64,000 nucleotides of DNA, taken from NCBI GenBank assembly GCA_965235115.1, contig OZ249443.1, positions 7,006,001-7,070,000 on the forward strand, given 5' to 3'. The number at the start of each line of letters is the position of its first letter. Positions within the stretch are counted from its first letter, which is position 1. A program made the translations under genes and the position numbers. Positions 1 through 14,124 of the stretch are shown piece after piece. The stretch comes from Laetmonice hystrix (Eukaryota). The notes below the pieces were generated by a model, which worked only from the letters and a program-made list of their open reading frames with translations, was not told where the DNA came from and did not search any database.

Positions 1-230
1 GGTGACACTTTGGTGAAACATTAGATAAACTCTACATTCTCTGATTGGCGTGCCTATGGTGTTGGGTTCCATTTCTTGTTCCCCCACAACAGTCATGGTT
101 ATATATAATATTACATATTCACTAATATCAAGAGCCAATAAACTGAGATCCTTTATGAGTGCACTGAAATCTACAGCCAGACCATCGACTTCTGCCCCCA
201 CCCCCTTCCTCCAAACTAACACCCTACACC

Positions 231-937
231 CAGTCCTGGGATCCGCTGATCTAAGCGGTCTGACAGCACACCTAACGGGCACAGTCCTGGGTTTCGCTGA
301 TATAGCGGTCTGACAGCACACCTGGCGGGCACAGTCCTGGGATCCGCTGATATAAGCGGTCTGACAGCACACCTGGCGGGCACAGTCCTGGGATCCGCTG
401 ATCTAAGCGGTCTGACAGCACACCTAACGGGCACAGTCCTGGGATCCGCTGATCTAAGCGGTCTGACAGCACACCTAACGGGCACAGTCCTGGGATCCGC
501 TGATATAGCGGTCTGACAGCACACCTGGCGGGCACAGTCCTGGGATCCGCTGATATAGCGGTCTGACAGCACACCTGGCGGGCACAGTCCTGGGATCCGC
601 TGATCTAAGCGGTCTGACAGCACACCTAACGGGCACAGTCCTGGGATCCGCTGATCTAAGCGGTCTGACAGCACACCTAACGGGCACAGTCCTGGGATCC
701 GCTGATATAGCGGTCTGACAGCACACCTGGCGGGCACAGTCCTGGGATCCGCTGATATAGCGGTCTGACAGCACACCTGGCGGGCACAGTCCTGGGATCC
801 GCTGATATAGCGGTCTGACAGCACACCTGGCGGGCACAGTCCTGGGATCCGCTGATATAGCGGTCTGACAGCACACCTGGCGGGCACAGTCCTGGGATCC
901 GCTGATATAAGCGGTCTGACAGCACACTTGGCGGGCA
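231..937. repeat. Minisatellite, 50/51-bp unit (CAGTCCTGGGATCCGCTGATATAGCGGTCTGACAGCACACCTGGCGGGCA), ~14 copies, two monomer types
   Basis: Unit read directly; starts at 231 and 282 are 51 bp apart. Variants GATCTAAG...CCTAACGG and GATATAG...CCTGGCGG. No unique spacers. Confidence 0.97.
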
Positions 938-3900
938 GATACTACTGTCACCATATAAAGGCCACCCACACCATGACGTGTTCTACTGTCATCCTCTGTC
1001 TGTTTACCTCATGTACAGCTGTAACACTCACTGGTAGTCATTGTTCTATGGGAGGATAGTCACCCCCCCCCCCCCTGTGCGCTGTGACCATGAAAAGTCA
1101 GTCTCCTGCTAATAATCACATAGGCCTACAAATAATTTTCAGGAGACATTTTCAATGTGTTTTCCATGTTAAGCTGATGAAAGACAGAGACAGAAACACG
1201 ATGACTTCCCGTGAGGTCAAACTGCAAGTGTTTGCCATGTGTGCTAATCTGGGGGAAGTTTAGAAACAACCCTCTTTGATGAGTAGACCGGACCCCCCCC
1301 CCCTCGGGTTTGTACACCAACATGTTCTAATATCTCATTGATCGTACATAGAACCGGGCCTTTTCTGCGTCTGTTCTCGATGATATAAGACGTAACTTTG
1401 GTGAGAGAAAATATCGGAGGACAAGTTTCCCATGTAGACAAAAGATTGTGCCTATTATACTGCAGCAACGTTAAACTGAAATTGAATGAACGATTTTCCA
1501 ACTCGTGAAGTCCGCACCAATATAACCAGACGCCGAGGCTTTCGTGAAGTCTTTATCTCATCCGTTCACAAATGGAAACGCACCACCCGATAGCGTCCGC
1601 TCTTTAGTTTGAATTACACTACCCTGGTAAAATAACAGATAATATACTAAACGTAAGAACGAAAGTTGGCGTGTCGCCATGCTAGCAGCTCGTTCGTTCT
1701 TTCCGCCTGCCAGATCGGGACCGCCTCATACTACCCGCACTCGGTGCCGCCTCGTGTGGCATGCAGGCGAGCCTTCCTATCCCCGCCAACAATCCAAGTA
1801 ACAAGGTCAACAGACTAATTGGCCTCCCGACGGCTGCATAAACAGGCATTCAGGTCGTTAAGCAGCAATATATCTAGTGTCTAGACGACTGGATCAACAA
1901 ATAAATGTATTAACACAGAAACAATGAAATATACTGAGCTGGTGAATCAAAATCTACCTCTTATGACTTTAAGATGTGATATATATAGCAGGAAGAGAAA
2001 AAAACACCCTTTCGGTTCCTTTCATTGAGTATGAGAATGTGAAATTCGACAGTTGTAATTTGAAAGAGAACATCTTCCATTTCTATCTCCCATCGAACTC
2101 CTGGTCATTCTTCCAACATTCACACATCCCCACCCGTCGATGCTGTAAGCACACGACCCCAGATTTTACTCCCGAGTAAGTCGTGAATTGTGTAGGGTTA
2201 CACTATCAATATTCAGACTTCACGCTTAGCGATCTCCTCCTCAATGGGTGGAGATAAGTCACTGCAGCTTTTGTCGTTCCACCCACTACTTAAATAAACC
2301 CCTGACAGCCTCTGAGGATGTGTTTCACTGACCCAAGCTACCACTACTCCAGCTTCTGTCGACTCCATATCCCATCTTCCCACACTCCATCACAACCACC
2401 ACTAAACCAACAATTCAATTACTTTTTTGCATCAATATTATTTCTGCTTGAAATAAGATTTCACCTGAACCACAAAATCTTCAGAATTTATCTTTACGAG
2501 ATTACTTTCCTACGTAATATCAGTTGAGAAAAATATCCTGAATTAAAAGCAGCTAACGCGGCGAGAAGCACTTTACTTGGATTACAAACTTTTAGTGGGA
2601 ATAAGATTACCAGTTAACATGCCGGGAACATGCCAGATAACTCTGCGATGAACACTTCCTAAATTAAAACCTCTGATACAGTTATTATCGGCGAGGGATG
2701 GAATTCAACTTTTGTAATTCACCGAAGTGCATTAAATGGAATCAGAACCCGACCAGACTTTCCATCCGTGCGCTTGACAATCTTCGCATCAATCATGGCA
2801 GGACACCCTGACAATATGAGCCCCCCCCCCCCCAACCCCCCATACCGTCGCTCATAAAGAGGGTGGGCAGACAAGACCGCTGACACTTACAACCTAATGA
2901 ATGATCAAACCCACGCATCCCCTAACCGCTCCAAACAACCATCCACACCTATTTTCCAAGATATACAATTTCAATAACCACTTCCCTCAACGAAATTCTA
3001 ACGTGTTCAATAATTACAATTGTCCGATATTACTGAACGTCCTTGCGCCGGTCTAGAGGGACGGTTGGCAATGGCAACGTTCAGTCGACACAGCATGGCT
3101 GTGTGTATTGAACACAATACTCGGATATCATGTCGCAGACTGACACGAATACAAGAAGTGACTAAAACTTGGAGCCAACGTGACGGCTTTGGTTACCGAC
3201 GTGACGCACTATCATCTTACCTCCCTGGCTACATTTACTCACACAACTTGCTCACTCCCCATTGCCTTTGCTCAAAGATAGACCTATATATCTATATGGA
3301 GTTGACTTAGACCGCACCTGATGGGCCATGCTAAGTCACCAAGCATGTAGTGGAGGTCGTACGCTATAATTGTATTAAGGCGTTTCCTGCTCGGCTTTCA
3401 GTATCACTGATTAAAACAACAAGTGTCATGTCCTTTTCACAACCTCCCTTCCAAACACGGGCTTAGATCAGGGCGTATCGGTTGGAACTATATACGGTAC
3501 GTATTTTCTAGTGAGTGTACCCATTGGATCAAGGACGGTTCGCTACTTAAGTATGGCATATACTATCCGACTACTGTAGGCTGAATATTCATAATGTGAA
3601 TTTAGCCATTAGCTCACAATACATTCTTCTCCATAATTTGACTCCATTGACAGATGCACATCTGGGATTAAATTCTCATGGACAAACTAAAATGGTTACA
3701 CACAAAATGAATAAACAATTGAGCTAATTTCAGCAAATCTACTAAACGGGTCTTTTCTTTGCAATTACTCGCTGCACCTGTCTGCAATTCTCTTAATTGT
3801 GTGTCGACCGGCAGGAAGCACTTGTGCGGCGAGTTGTTCGAACATTGCATGTTACATGACAACTCAGACAAGTACTCTTCCATGAGGCACCTTAAAATTC

Positions 3901-5019
3901 ATTCCCTGACTAGAGAACATTTTCCACCAATTAATCAACTCCTTATGCCGGTCGTGGAGGTGGGGAGTCTTCACCAATAAGTGGGTAATATTAAAATGAA
4001 CATGGTTGGAACCATCGGCGCATGAGGAGTTTTTCACACGAAATGTTCGACATTCCTTAATGAAGCCATCAATGGAGCGATCTTCCCATCAGTGGCACAC
4101 TTCTCAAGGTGCCACCGAGTAGTGAGTCTGTGTCAGCAGCTCATGTACAACATCGTGTTCCAGAAGACATTTTTGCACTGTATAGTGGTCACACGTGGGT
4201 TACAATCCTAACTTTTCAAGTTGAAAGAGCACTTTTGTGAATGCATCTCCATATTGTAATCGTCAGGATTTCCCAGCAGGAATACGTAGCAACATATAAT
4301 AAGACCTGCACGACCTATAAAACCTTAATTCCTCACACATATTTTGCGAACTTCCCACGTAAAATCGCAAATTCTGAACAAATATTTTCAAGGCGACTTC
4401 CACAATCCGTCGAACATTTTCGGGCACCATCTTGCCCCTTGCCCGCTCGGCTGTTTAAAGAGGGAGTACCCCTCATCCCCTCCCAGACGTACCCAGCTCC
4501 CGCGGTCCCACCACTCTATCAACCGCTACCTTCTGACCTTCATTCTCTACGACCAAGTTTGGCGAGTTCAATGACTGGCTAACGGAATCGATCCCGTTTC
4601 GTCTGGCCGGGTTATAACCATAGCGGCCGCCTTGATGAAGGTACTCTGCCGGACTGCTTCAATCGGCACGCAATGCGCAGTCTCGGCACGACTCGCAAAC
4701 ACCTGCTGATATCCCGTACCTGATAACATCAATCTGGGATCTTGACCTGTCGCTTCATGATTTATCGAGTCGGCACTTGGTGCCACAATCAACGCATACT
4801 TCATCAATCAACCATAGCACTTCAACAATTAACCATAACTTCACATCTACAATCATCAATCAAATAGACTATGTTTCACTTCCTCACGCAAGCAAACCAG
4901 AAAACTCTCAACCAGTGATACGGTATCTACTCATCAAGCGTTGTAGGCCGACCGCTATACGCACTTGGTACAATACACCAAGGAAGGATAACAACTTTTG
5001 ACATATATCTATTTATAAA

Positions 5020-5560
5020 TGGGGGAATAACTGAAACAACGAATTGCTTTTCCATCTACATACTCCATTTACCACCGACATCACACCTTTTTGTCCCGAC
5101 TGTCACATTATCATAATCTCCGGGATGCTGATGTCAATGTTGCATGTTTCCGTAATACCTGTTTAGATCATTTACGCCTAACCGTTTCAGTCTACTTAAA
5201 TTTTCCTCCTCTCAAGGCAATTTAAACCAAACGAATCTTAATTTTACTCCTGCAAATCTCAACCAACTCCTAACTATTTCTTCTCAATGGGTTACTTAGA
5301 TCCCAGACTTGTCAGTTTCCAATACTTTGCCTCATCAGTGTTCTTTCACTACCAAACTGGGCCAGAATTTGCACATGTGAATCCAATTTGCATGCAGATT
5401 GCTGTTTGTCTTCAATATTTACCGCCTATGGATTCTTCTCAATTTCCTTCGTGATTCCATAATTACCTATCATGGACGATGCCTGGCGGAAATAAAATGC
5501 CATCTTGTCAGTAGTAAATGTCCACCAAGTTTTTCGTTCGGGCCTTGACAGTATTACTGA
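5020..5560 (-). mobile_element. Highly decayed LINE (L2-clade-like) RT C-terminal remnant
   Basis: Manual minus-strand translation gives stop- and frameshift-riddled pieces in the expected order: KNLV(D) ~ KNLGV; LRRIHRR...LHA ~ LRNI.RIR...LVHA; VTH*EEIVRSWL...VWFKL ~ ITP.L..LHWL...FK.L; NDLNRYY. Resemblance by eye only. Confidence 0.35.
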
Positions 5561-8500
5561 GTCGACCAGCAACTGTCAGGGCCACTCATTCCGATTTGGA
5601 ATTTGGACTTATTTCCAGTGGGTATGACAAAACCTGATACGGTGATCATGTTACTGTTGGACATCAACCAATTATAACATATGAATACATACTTGATATT
5701 GCGACGTTTCTGGAGGCAGTTTTCTCCGATATTCTCTGTACAGCCAGAGTTGGATGTATCTCTGCTTCACCAACTCGGGTCGCCAGTGAACAATTTCTAC
5801 AACGTTTTCAAACGGACAGCACCACTCTCCCGTCAACAACGTCAAAGATTCTCTACTTTATACCACATACACATAGCAACCGCCATTCTAGACACCGCCC
5901 ACACAAACAATGGGAAATGTACTTTGAAGTCCAGAGGCCCGTCTGTCTTGTAAGTTTGGAAGACAGCGACTCGTTTGAAGATGACATTTTCCGCCGACAT
6001 CCAGGGTCTAAGTCTAATTCTACAACCCGCGACATGTCAGAACAAGACCGTGGGGTTATACGGACAGAATGTTTCGGACGCTTTGATTCCTTCTCCACGT
6101 CCAACTCAAGCCTTTTGACAACACTTACATCAAAGGAAATCCCCGGAAAATGCTAACAAACAGCCAGAACTGCTCGTGTGAACTGTTAGCACAGCGACTG
6201 TCACACTTTACAAACCGTCTCGCACACAGCCGAACCAGGCAAACATCTTGGCCGTCTTTCGTCTCAAGGTAAAATCTCTATAGACCCCAACTAGAAAATC
6301 GAAAAGATCTAAAAGCTGTAAATGTAAGAGAAACCAAGACGATGGAGAAATCCAATGTAATCCTCCCAGCTTTGAAATCTTCCGACTCATTTACACTGCT
6401 ACCAAAGTAGCTCCTCCCCCTGGCAATCGCTATATTTCACACCACTGCCCCGATACAGCAGACTTCAGCTCACATTGTGTTGGCTTCTCCACGTTCAGTA
6501 TTGATCACCGTCTAATTAAAGCTCAACCTTCCCATGTGGTCTGGGACAGGGCTGTAAGAAGCACCAAGGAACCTTTAATGCACCAACTATTATAATATTA
6601 TGGTAAGGTTAGACGGCGAGTTGGCTCGTAAACAAGCATGGAGTGGAGAACATGATATCTAATTATGTCCACCATGGGCATGCCATGCTAACACTGGAAT
6701 TTCACGTGAAAGCACTTACGGGAGCCGAGGGATATACAGTTACTCTATTTGTGACTCAAAGCTGGGCTGAATGCGAAGACAAGAGTTTGGTGCAACACTG
6801 ATTAAGTCAGGACCGATTCCTGGTTAACCCAAGAGGGTTGTCTTGTACGGAGAATTTTCATCAGACATCTCATGTACACTTCAAAACACGCAACTGTGAA
6901 AAAAAACCTGCACACTTCTTCATCTCATTATAACGAGACACAGCTATGGAACTGTATAACAGTATCCATTATTGCATTAATTCTAAAATGTAGCCCTAAA
7001 TTGTTATTACTTATAGTATGACTTCAATCAAATTCATAAAAACCGCTAGTTTATTTTCTCCACTTCTCTGGCCAATACAAAAATACATCACGTTCAAAGC
7101 TACTGTCGTTCTTATCTCAATAATTTAAAACTGTGAGATCTTTTTTTTGTCTGTTGTCACCAGAATTATTTACACATTACTGTGACTCGTAATTCTTCGA
7201 AAGGCATCTGCCACTTTTGATTTCCAGGTAACATTCAATACCACGACTTTTTTACGGCTTTCGCCTGAAGCAGTTTTGTGCCCATTGTCCGCTACAGTTT
7301 GCTAGCACGGAGCCGACAGTTCGGGAGCCACCAGCCTCTCATTGTTTGCATTCATTATGCATGTTTTACATGCCTTTATCCTACCCAGCCCACTATACGA
7401 ACAACTCCTCACGGCGTAATGATAAAACACACCGGTTGCGTGTGGAGAGGTGCACTGTCGCTGGTTCCTATTTCAATGATAAAGACCCGAGCCTCACGTC
7501 TAATCAAATGGCTAGCACCTCAATACGTAACACAAAACGTGCAATAACAGAATTCACTCAGCGAGTTGGAAAATCTCCCCATCTCAGAGTACGTCATTAT
7601 AATTTCATTTACTCATTATTTACATATTATGCCAAGTGATTTTTTTATCTGATGCGAGTTGATGATCCTCCATCGTCATCTTGCTTTAACAAAGAAAGGC
7701 CTTTCTCGACGTAACAACCCTTGTTTGTGAACGTATTAGTGTGCTCTCGTAGTGAATTAGCACGAGACGAACAGTTCATTATTTCCATGGCTCCAGCTGA
7801 CAATACCCAGTTGTCACTCCCAACAATATACACACCGCTATTCCATCTCTCTTCTTTAGAGATTTTAATTAGTTGCTCGAGGCTTGCTCTGACGTACAGC
7901 ACCTGTTTTCAAACACCTTAGCACCCACAAACCTGTCATTTCAAGTTAGCGCCAATCGTTTTCCAAACGGGCAGTACTTTTCACCCAATTATGTTAAAAG
8001 ATGTCGGAATTAATGACTTTCGACTTGCCGTTTTCCACAGACACGATACTTGTGATAATCAGTATAATAGCAGACTATAATGTTAGCAGATCCTGGCGGT
8101 GTACTCGGTATTATTTTAAGTGACACTGAACGAGAGCCACTGGATCTCCCCGGGAACCGACCTCAGCTTGTCTTTCTCCCAGGGACTCCCGTTCACAGCC
8201 AGACTTTTGTCATTAGAGTGCCAGTCAGCCCCGTCCTCCTCACCACCCTCAAAGACAGACGGACATAATCACATATTCGGGTCATGTTGTATGGGAAACA
8301 CGGACCTGGCCGTCTCATCCCTCCTCTCACACAAACACGTAACTCCAACCACCGTCAGCCAGGGGCAGCACTGTCACATCTGTACAAACTAACTGCTTTC
8401 TGTAGAGTGGTAACCAAAAACACTTCAGTGTCTTCAAGTGTTCATTCCCCGGCTGACGGGAGGTCCATTGGTTTTGTATGAACGGTTGACATACACTACT

Positions 8501-10151
8501 CCCCAATTACCAAGGTCCCATTTTTAGTTCGTAGCCTACAGTGTGCCTAATCTCAACACTCATTCTTCATCTTTTTCACCAAGTTCAACATTATCCTAGA
8601 CAGCACCTTCAGCACATCAGGCAGGATTTCGTAAAATGACGCTGTCGAAAGTTCACTACTGTCAACGATTTGTCTTATCCCGAAGGATACTCTAGCTCCT
8701 GTCTAATGTCCCGTGCGTTGTCATCGATTTACTCGAACATTTTAATGTTTTTGTCGGATCCATTTAACGTTTTTTCCAGAAACGTCCCACATTTCAGAAT
8801 CAATGAAGAGCAGAGACTGTTCCCACCAACAATTATTCTTCTTAAACCCCGTGAAAGCATCCATAACGTACCCGACGATTTCCTCCGACAGGCATTGGTA
8901 TGCGGCAGCCTCAGCAGTTACCTCAGGGGTCAGACATTAATGGGGTCAGCAGCAGGTCAAGGGTCAGGGTCGGGGTCAGCTTCGCCTGGGAGCTATCAAT
9001 CTACAAGTGGGTATCTGGTTGCTGCAGGTGACTTGGCATCAATATCAAACAGTCCGCATGGATCAATAATGAATTAATAATGATCAGCTAGGTTCACCGG
9101 TCAGAATCTATGACAGACTCTGAGGTCAAGGTCACCGATTACAGATCAAGGTCAGGTTATTAGGTCTGCGCTAATACCCCAGGAATACAAATGGGGCGTT
9201 TTGTGGCTTTTATGATAGTTTTATGATCTAATTTTTTTGATATGAGATCCCTGTGATTCACACCACCAAGCTCCATCTTAGTACATGCCATAATAACACA
9301 AATACAACCCGGTCTGCTTCGTATTTTCAAACTCTTAGAATTCAAATTCAAAGTGGCACGTTATTACACTCAAATCCTTTCTGCTTGCAAGAATTATGAA
9401 TTAATGGAAAACTTCAAGGATTTGAGAAAGGTATAATGACTACCAAATCATTAAACTGGTTTTAATAGAATGCTGGAATTACTTTTCCGACTGAGTTGCT
9501 CTGGAAACCAAACGGTATTGGCAATAATTATGAAAGTCATCAATAGAAGGACAATTATGACTTTTTAGTTCAACTCCATTTTGCCCAATAATTGAAGACA
9601 TCAAAACAAAGCGATCACGGTCGTCCCACAGCACTCGTTTGGTTAAGGATTGTGCGTCAAACTAAGAATTAAGCAAATTTCTTTGCATCATTGATCCAAA
9701 ACAACAACAAAAGAAGAACAGAAGAAGCAATAAATTGGTGAATACATTTTTCACGTGACTATGTTAGAGAAGCCGTACACCTCACCCCTTTGTATTATAA
9801 GTAAATGCCCAAAGTTAGCCAATATGGAAGGTAATATGGACGACTGGCAATGATAGAAGTATTGAAGATCGGTAAATTGCCTTAGTCCACTGAACCATCA
9901 TCTTCTCGACATCTCTCGGCCACACCCACAGATTCAGGTCATCATGCAATATGGCTCTTCCAACCGCCGCACGTATTAACACTGTAGGAGAGCAATGAGG
10001 TAAACCGCTGTGCCTCCAGTCCCGTCAGGGGGTGGTCTTAAATACTGTCTCCGTACACAACCTGCTCATCTAGGGCGGCCACTGTCAGAGGACCCGATCT
10101 GACCGGGGTTGGGTGGGTTCAGACATGACCTGAGTCTGTTCCAGGTCTGAT

Positions 10152-11699
10152 TGACCTCAGGTAAGGAGGGTACTGAGGCACGAGGAACTGGTCTGCCTCT
10201 CCTACCTTACCGCCTCGCCTGCACCACCGTACACTGACCTCAGGTATGGAGGGCACTGAGGCACGAGGAACTGGTCTGCCTCTCCTACCTTACCGCCTCG
10301 CCTGCACCACCGTACACTGACCTCAGGTATGGAGGGTACTGAGGCACGAGGAACTGGTCTACCTCTCCTACCTTACCGCCTCGCCTGCACCACCGTACAC
10401 TGACCTCAGGTATGGAGGGCACTGAGGCACGAGGAACTGGTCTGCCTCTCCTACCTTAACGCCTCGCCTGTACCACCGTACACTGACCTCAGGTATGGAG
10501 GTCACTGAGGCACGAGGAACTGGTCTGCCTCTCCTACCTTACCGCCTCGCCTGCACCACCGTACACTGACCTCAGGTATGGAGGTCACTGAGGCACGAGG
10601 AACTGGTCTGCCTCTCCTACCTTACCGCCTCGCCTGCACCACCTGAGGAGGGTACTGAGGCACGAGGAACTGGTCTGCCTCTCCTACCTTACCGCCTCGC
10701 CTGCACCACCGTACACTGACCTCAGGTATGGAGGGTACTGAGGCACGAGGAACTGGTCTGCCTCTCCTACCTTACCGCCTCGCCTGCACCACCGTACACT
10801 GACCTCAGGTATGGAGGTCACTGAGGCACGAGGAGCTGGTCTGCCTCTCCTACCTTACCGCCTCGCCTGCACCACCGTACACTGACCTCAGGTATGGAGG
10901 TCACTGAGGCACGAGGAGCTGGTCTGCCTCTCCTACCTTACCGCCTCGCCTGCACCACCGTACACTGATCTCAGGTATGGAGGGTACTGAGGCACGAGGA
11001 ACTGGTCTACCTCTCCTACCTTACCGCCTCGCCTGCACCACCGTACACTGACCTCAGGTATGGAGGTCACTGAGGCACGAGGAACTGGTCTGCCTCTCCT
11101 ACCTTAACGCCTCGCCTGCACCACCGTACACTGACCTCAGGTAAGGAGGGTACTGAGGCACGAGGAACTGGTCTGCCTCTCCTACCTTACCGCCTCGCCT
11201 GCACCACCGTACACTGACCTCAGGTATGGAGGGCACTGAGGCACGAGGAACTGGTCTGCCTCTCCTACCTTAACGCCTCGCCTGTACCACCGTACACTGA
11301 CCTCAGGTATGGAGGTCACTGAGGCACGAGGAACTGGTCTGCCTCTCCTACCTTACCACCTCGCCTGCACCACCGTACACTGACCTCAGGTATGGAGGGC
11401 ACTAAGGCACGAGGAACTGGTCTGCCTCTCCTACCTTACCGCCTCGCCTGCACCACCGTACACTGACCTCAGGTATGGAGGTCACTGAGGCACGAGGAAC
11501 TGGTCTGCCTCTCCTACCTTACCGCCTCGCCTGCACCACCTGAGGAGGGTACTGAGGCACGAGGAACTGGTCTGCCTCTCCTACCTTACCGCCTCGCCTG
11601 CACCACCGTACACTGACCTCAGGTATGGAGGTCACTGAGGCACGAGGAACTGGTCTGCCTCTCCTACCTTACCGCCTCGCCTGCACCACCGTACACTGA
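10152..11699. repeat. Minisatellite, 83-bp unit (TGACCTCAGGTATGGAGGGCACTGAGGCACGAGGAACTGGTCTGCCTCTCCTACCTTACCGCCTCGCCTGCACCACCGTACAC), ~17 full plus 2 shortened 67-bp units
   Basis: Unit starts at 10152, 10235 and onward (period 83). The same 16-bp deletion variant occurs near 10644 and 11541. Confidence 0.97.
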
Positions 11700-13540
11700 A
11701 CATTTAATCAGCCAAGTACCACCATTTCGCAGTCAGTCAGAGCCAGGTAGACGACCCACCGACTCGGCTCTTAAAGTGGCGAATATGTATGCACTGTCTG
11801 CATGACTCAAACGCTTTCTCTGTATTGTCTCGGCTTATTGTAAACCTATATTTACCTCATCTTATTAAGGCTCATGCTCAAGCGAAATGAATTCTTTCCG
11901 CTTCACAGATATTGCATATCCGTTTTATGAGTCAACTCCCAAGACAGAAACATTGTCAGTATAATGTCCATAATTTTTATTCCCATGGACTTTGAAACCT
12001 ACTTGGTAAACATCGCCAGGCGCCACGAGAGTAAACTTGAACGACATCCTGGGAGAACCAAATTCTAAGAAAATTGGCGAGGGGCGCTTTGGGAGACGAG
12101 AGGAACCAGGGGGTTCGGCCCCTCAACACTCGTGGATGGAGCGTGCTTATAAATTTTATATAATCTTGAACCACAACAAATTAACCGATGAAAACACGTA
12201 TATCGGGGTCTACTTTCCTTTCTATATATTATACAGTGTCAAAAGCCCCAATTTTTGTTATTCCGCTGCTGTTTACGACCAACAAAGAAAACATTTGTTT
12301 TTACCGCCTTCTCATCGTGTTGGTTATATGTCCATGGTCCGGAAGGTCTGCCATAATCTCAGGTGTTACCAAGAGCTGGGCTACCGGTCACCGACAACCT
12401 GTTCAACCCCCCCTCCCGCCCTATTCCCACCTCCGGTCCATTGATATGCTATAGCTGACCCCAACCAGCAAGGCCTTCACCCCAGGCCCAAATGCCCGAC
12501 CTGCTCTGCCTGAGCCTTTCACCAACTATCCATCAGCCGGCCTGCTGATGACTTATTCATTAGACTCCACGGCCGCCATAACCGTCAGTCCAACCAGCCC
12601 CCATTATGATCGGAGAGGATTCCTCTGGCTAGAGAGCTTATTAAGCCACCACCCCGCCCTGAGCCGACTACTAATAAAGCCGGCCTTGCCCACCATTAGT
12701 TTCGTACAGGTGTAGCAAACTGTATTTTTAGTACAACGATTCGGTTGCTGCATGACATTTACAAACTCTATTCGGATCAGCTGTCATATTTTCCTCATAT
12801 TCTAACAATATTACTGATATAAATATTTTCCCCGAGTAAATTATCCACCTGCGAAGCAAACCGGGCCAATCACAGAAGCGATTTCTGTTGCAGTTGACAT
12901 GCTGAAAACAGATATGATATACATATACCTAAAGCTGCGGCATCACTATCAACCCAGTGTTCTCCTCTTACCTTCACTATAGACTCATCATATTACTGCC
13001 GTACGACAGTGGATTCTCTACTACCGACACTATTAATAACACCTACCATACGCTATCATACAATTTTCCCCCTTGCAAGCTAATTAATTGCCTGCGAGCT
13101 CCCAGCATGGTTGAGAAGGTCTAAGGTCTCACTCTCTCAAGTATTAGGTGAACGTATGTAATCTCTATCATGATTCGCTGTCCTACCTCTACACCCGATA
13201 TCAGACAACGTTATTATTACATCTGAGGACAAGCTGGGTATATTTTGTATTAATTAGTTCATCAAGGTCAAAGCATTTCTGGTTGAAAATGTATGAGCCT
13301 AACAAATTAATAATTACTACACAGGTCACAACTCATCTTACAACTTTTATTGAGGTCAAGTGCTACACTAAGTCAAACTCACCTCCTATCGATATTAGGT
13401 ACTTTGTTAGAAAAAACAAATGTTTCTGATTCTAAAAAGGTAAAAATATCCATATGTTACCATGCTGACTTTTGTGTGGGCAGTCTATAGAAAATGCACA
13501 TTGCTGTTAATTTGAGTGCACCTCACACTAAAGGTTCAGC

Positions 13541-14124
13541 GTCTCCGGCCTACCACCTAGTCTCCGGCCTACCACCTAGTCTCCGGCCTACCACCTAGTC
13601 TCAGGCCTGCCACCTAGTCTCCGGCCTGCCACCTATCTCTGGCCTGCCACCTAGTCTCAGGCCTACCACCTAGTCTCCGGCCTGCCACCTAGTCTCCGGC
13701 CTACCACCTAGTCTCAGGCCTGCCACCTAGTCTCCGGCCTGCCACCTATCTCTGGCCTGCCACCTAGTCTCAGGCCTACCACCTAGTCTCCGGCCTACCA
13801 CCTAGTCTCCGGCCTACCACCTAGTCTCAGGCCTGCCACCTAGTCTCAGGCCTGCCACCTATCTCTGGCCTGCCACCTAGTCTCAGGCCTACCACCTAGT
13901 CTCAGGCCTACCACCTAGTCTCAGGCCTACCACCTAGTCTCCGGCCTACCACCTAGTCTCCGGCCTGCCACCTAGTCTCCGGCCTGCCACCTAGTCTCAG
14001 GCCTGCCACCTAGTCTCTGGCCTGCCACCTAGTCTCAGGCCTGCCACCTAGTCTCAGGTCTGCCACCTAGTCTCTGGCCTGCCACCTATAGTCTCATATC
14101 TGCCACCTAGTCTCTTGCCACCTA
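13541..14124. repeat. Minisatellite, 19-bp unit (GTCTCCGGCCTACCACCTA) with 18-bp variants, ~30 copies, degenerating at the 3' end
   Basis: Read directly; variants ccgg/cagg/ctgg and cta/ctg. Confidence 0.97.

Noticed and set aside
231-937. CRISPR array (palindromic repeat)
   Set aside because: Units are contiguous and near-identical with no unique spacers, there are no cas genes, and the context is eukaryotic. The same applies to the other arrays.
216-969. Repeat-derived ORFs (up to 223 aa)
   Set aside because: Translations of a 50/51-bp minisatellite that cycle through frames; no coding signal.
1174-1205. CTGATGA...GAAAC on +
   Set aside because: The intervening purine-rich sequence cannot form stem II, and there is no NUH site.
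3660-4300. hAT transposase remnant (HSQKCSFNL...TTRW)
   Set aside because: Motif spacing too short and similarity too weak to call by eye.
5300-5342. Minus-strand CTGATGA...GAAAC...GTC hammerhead-like string
   Set aside because: Stem II lacks a closing pair, stem I has only 2 bp, and it lies within a LINE-like remnant; likely chance.
5680-6160. Stop-poor minus-strand stretches with splice-like ends
   Set aside because: Poor acceptors, phase mismatch with the gene, no family similarity recognised.
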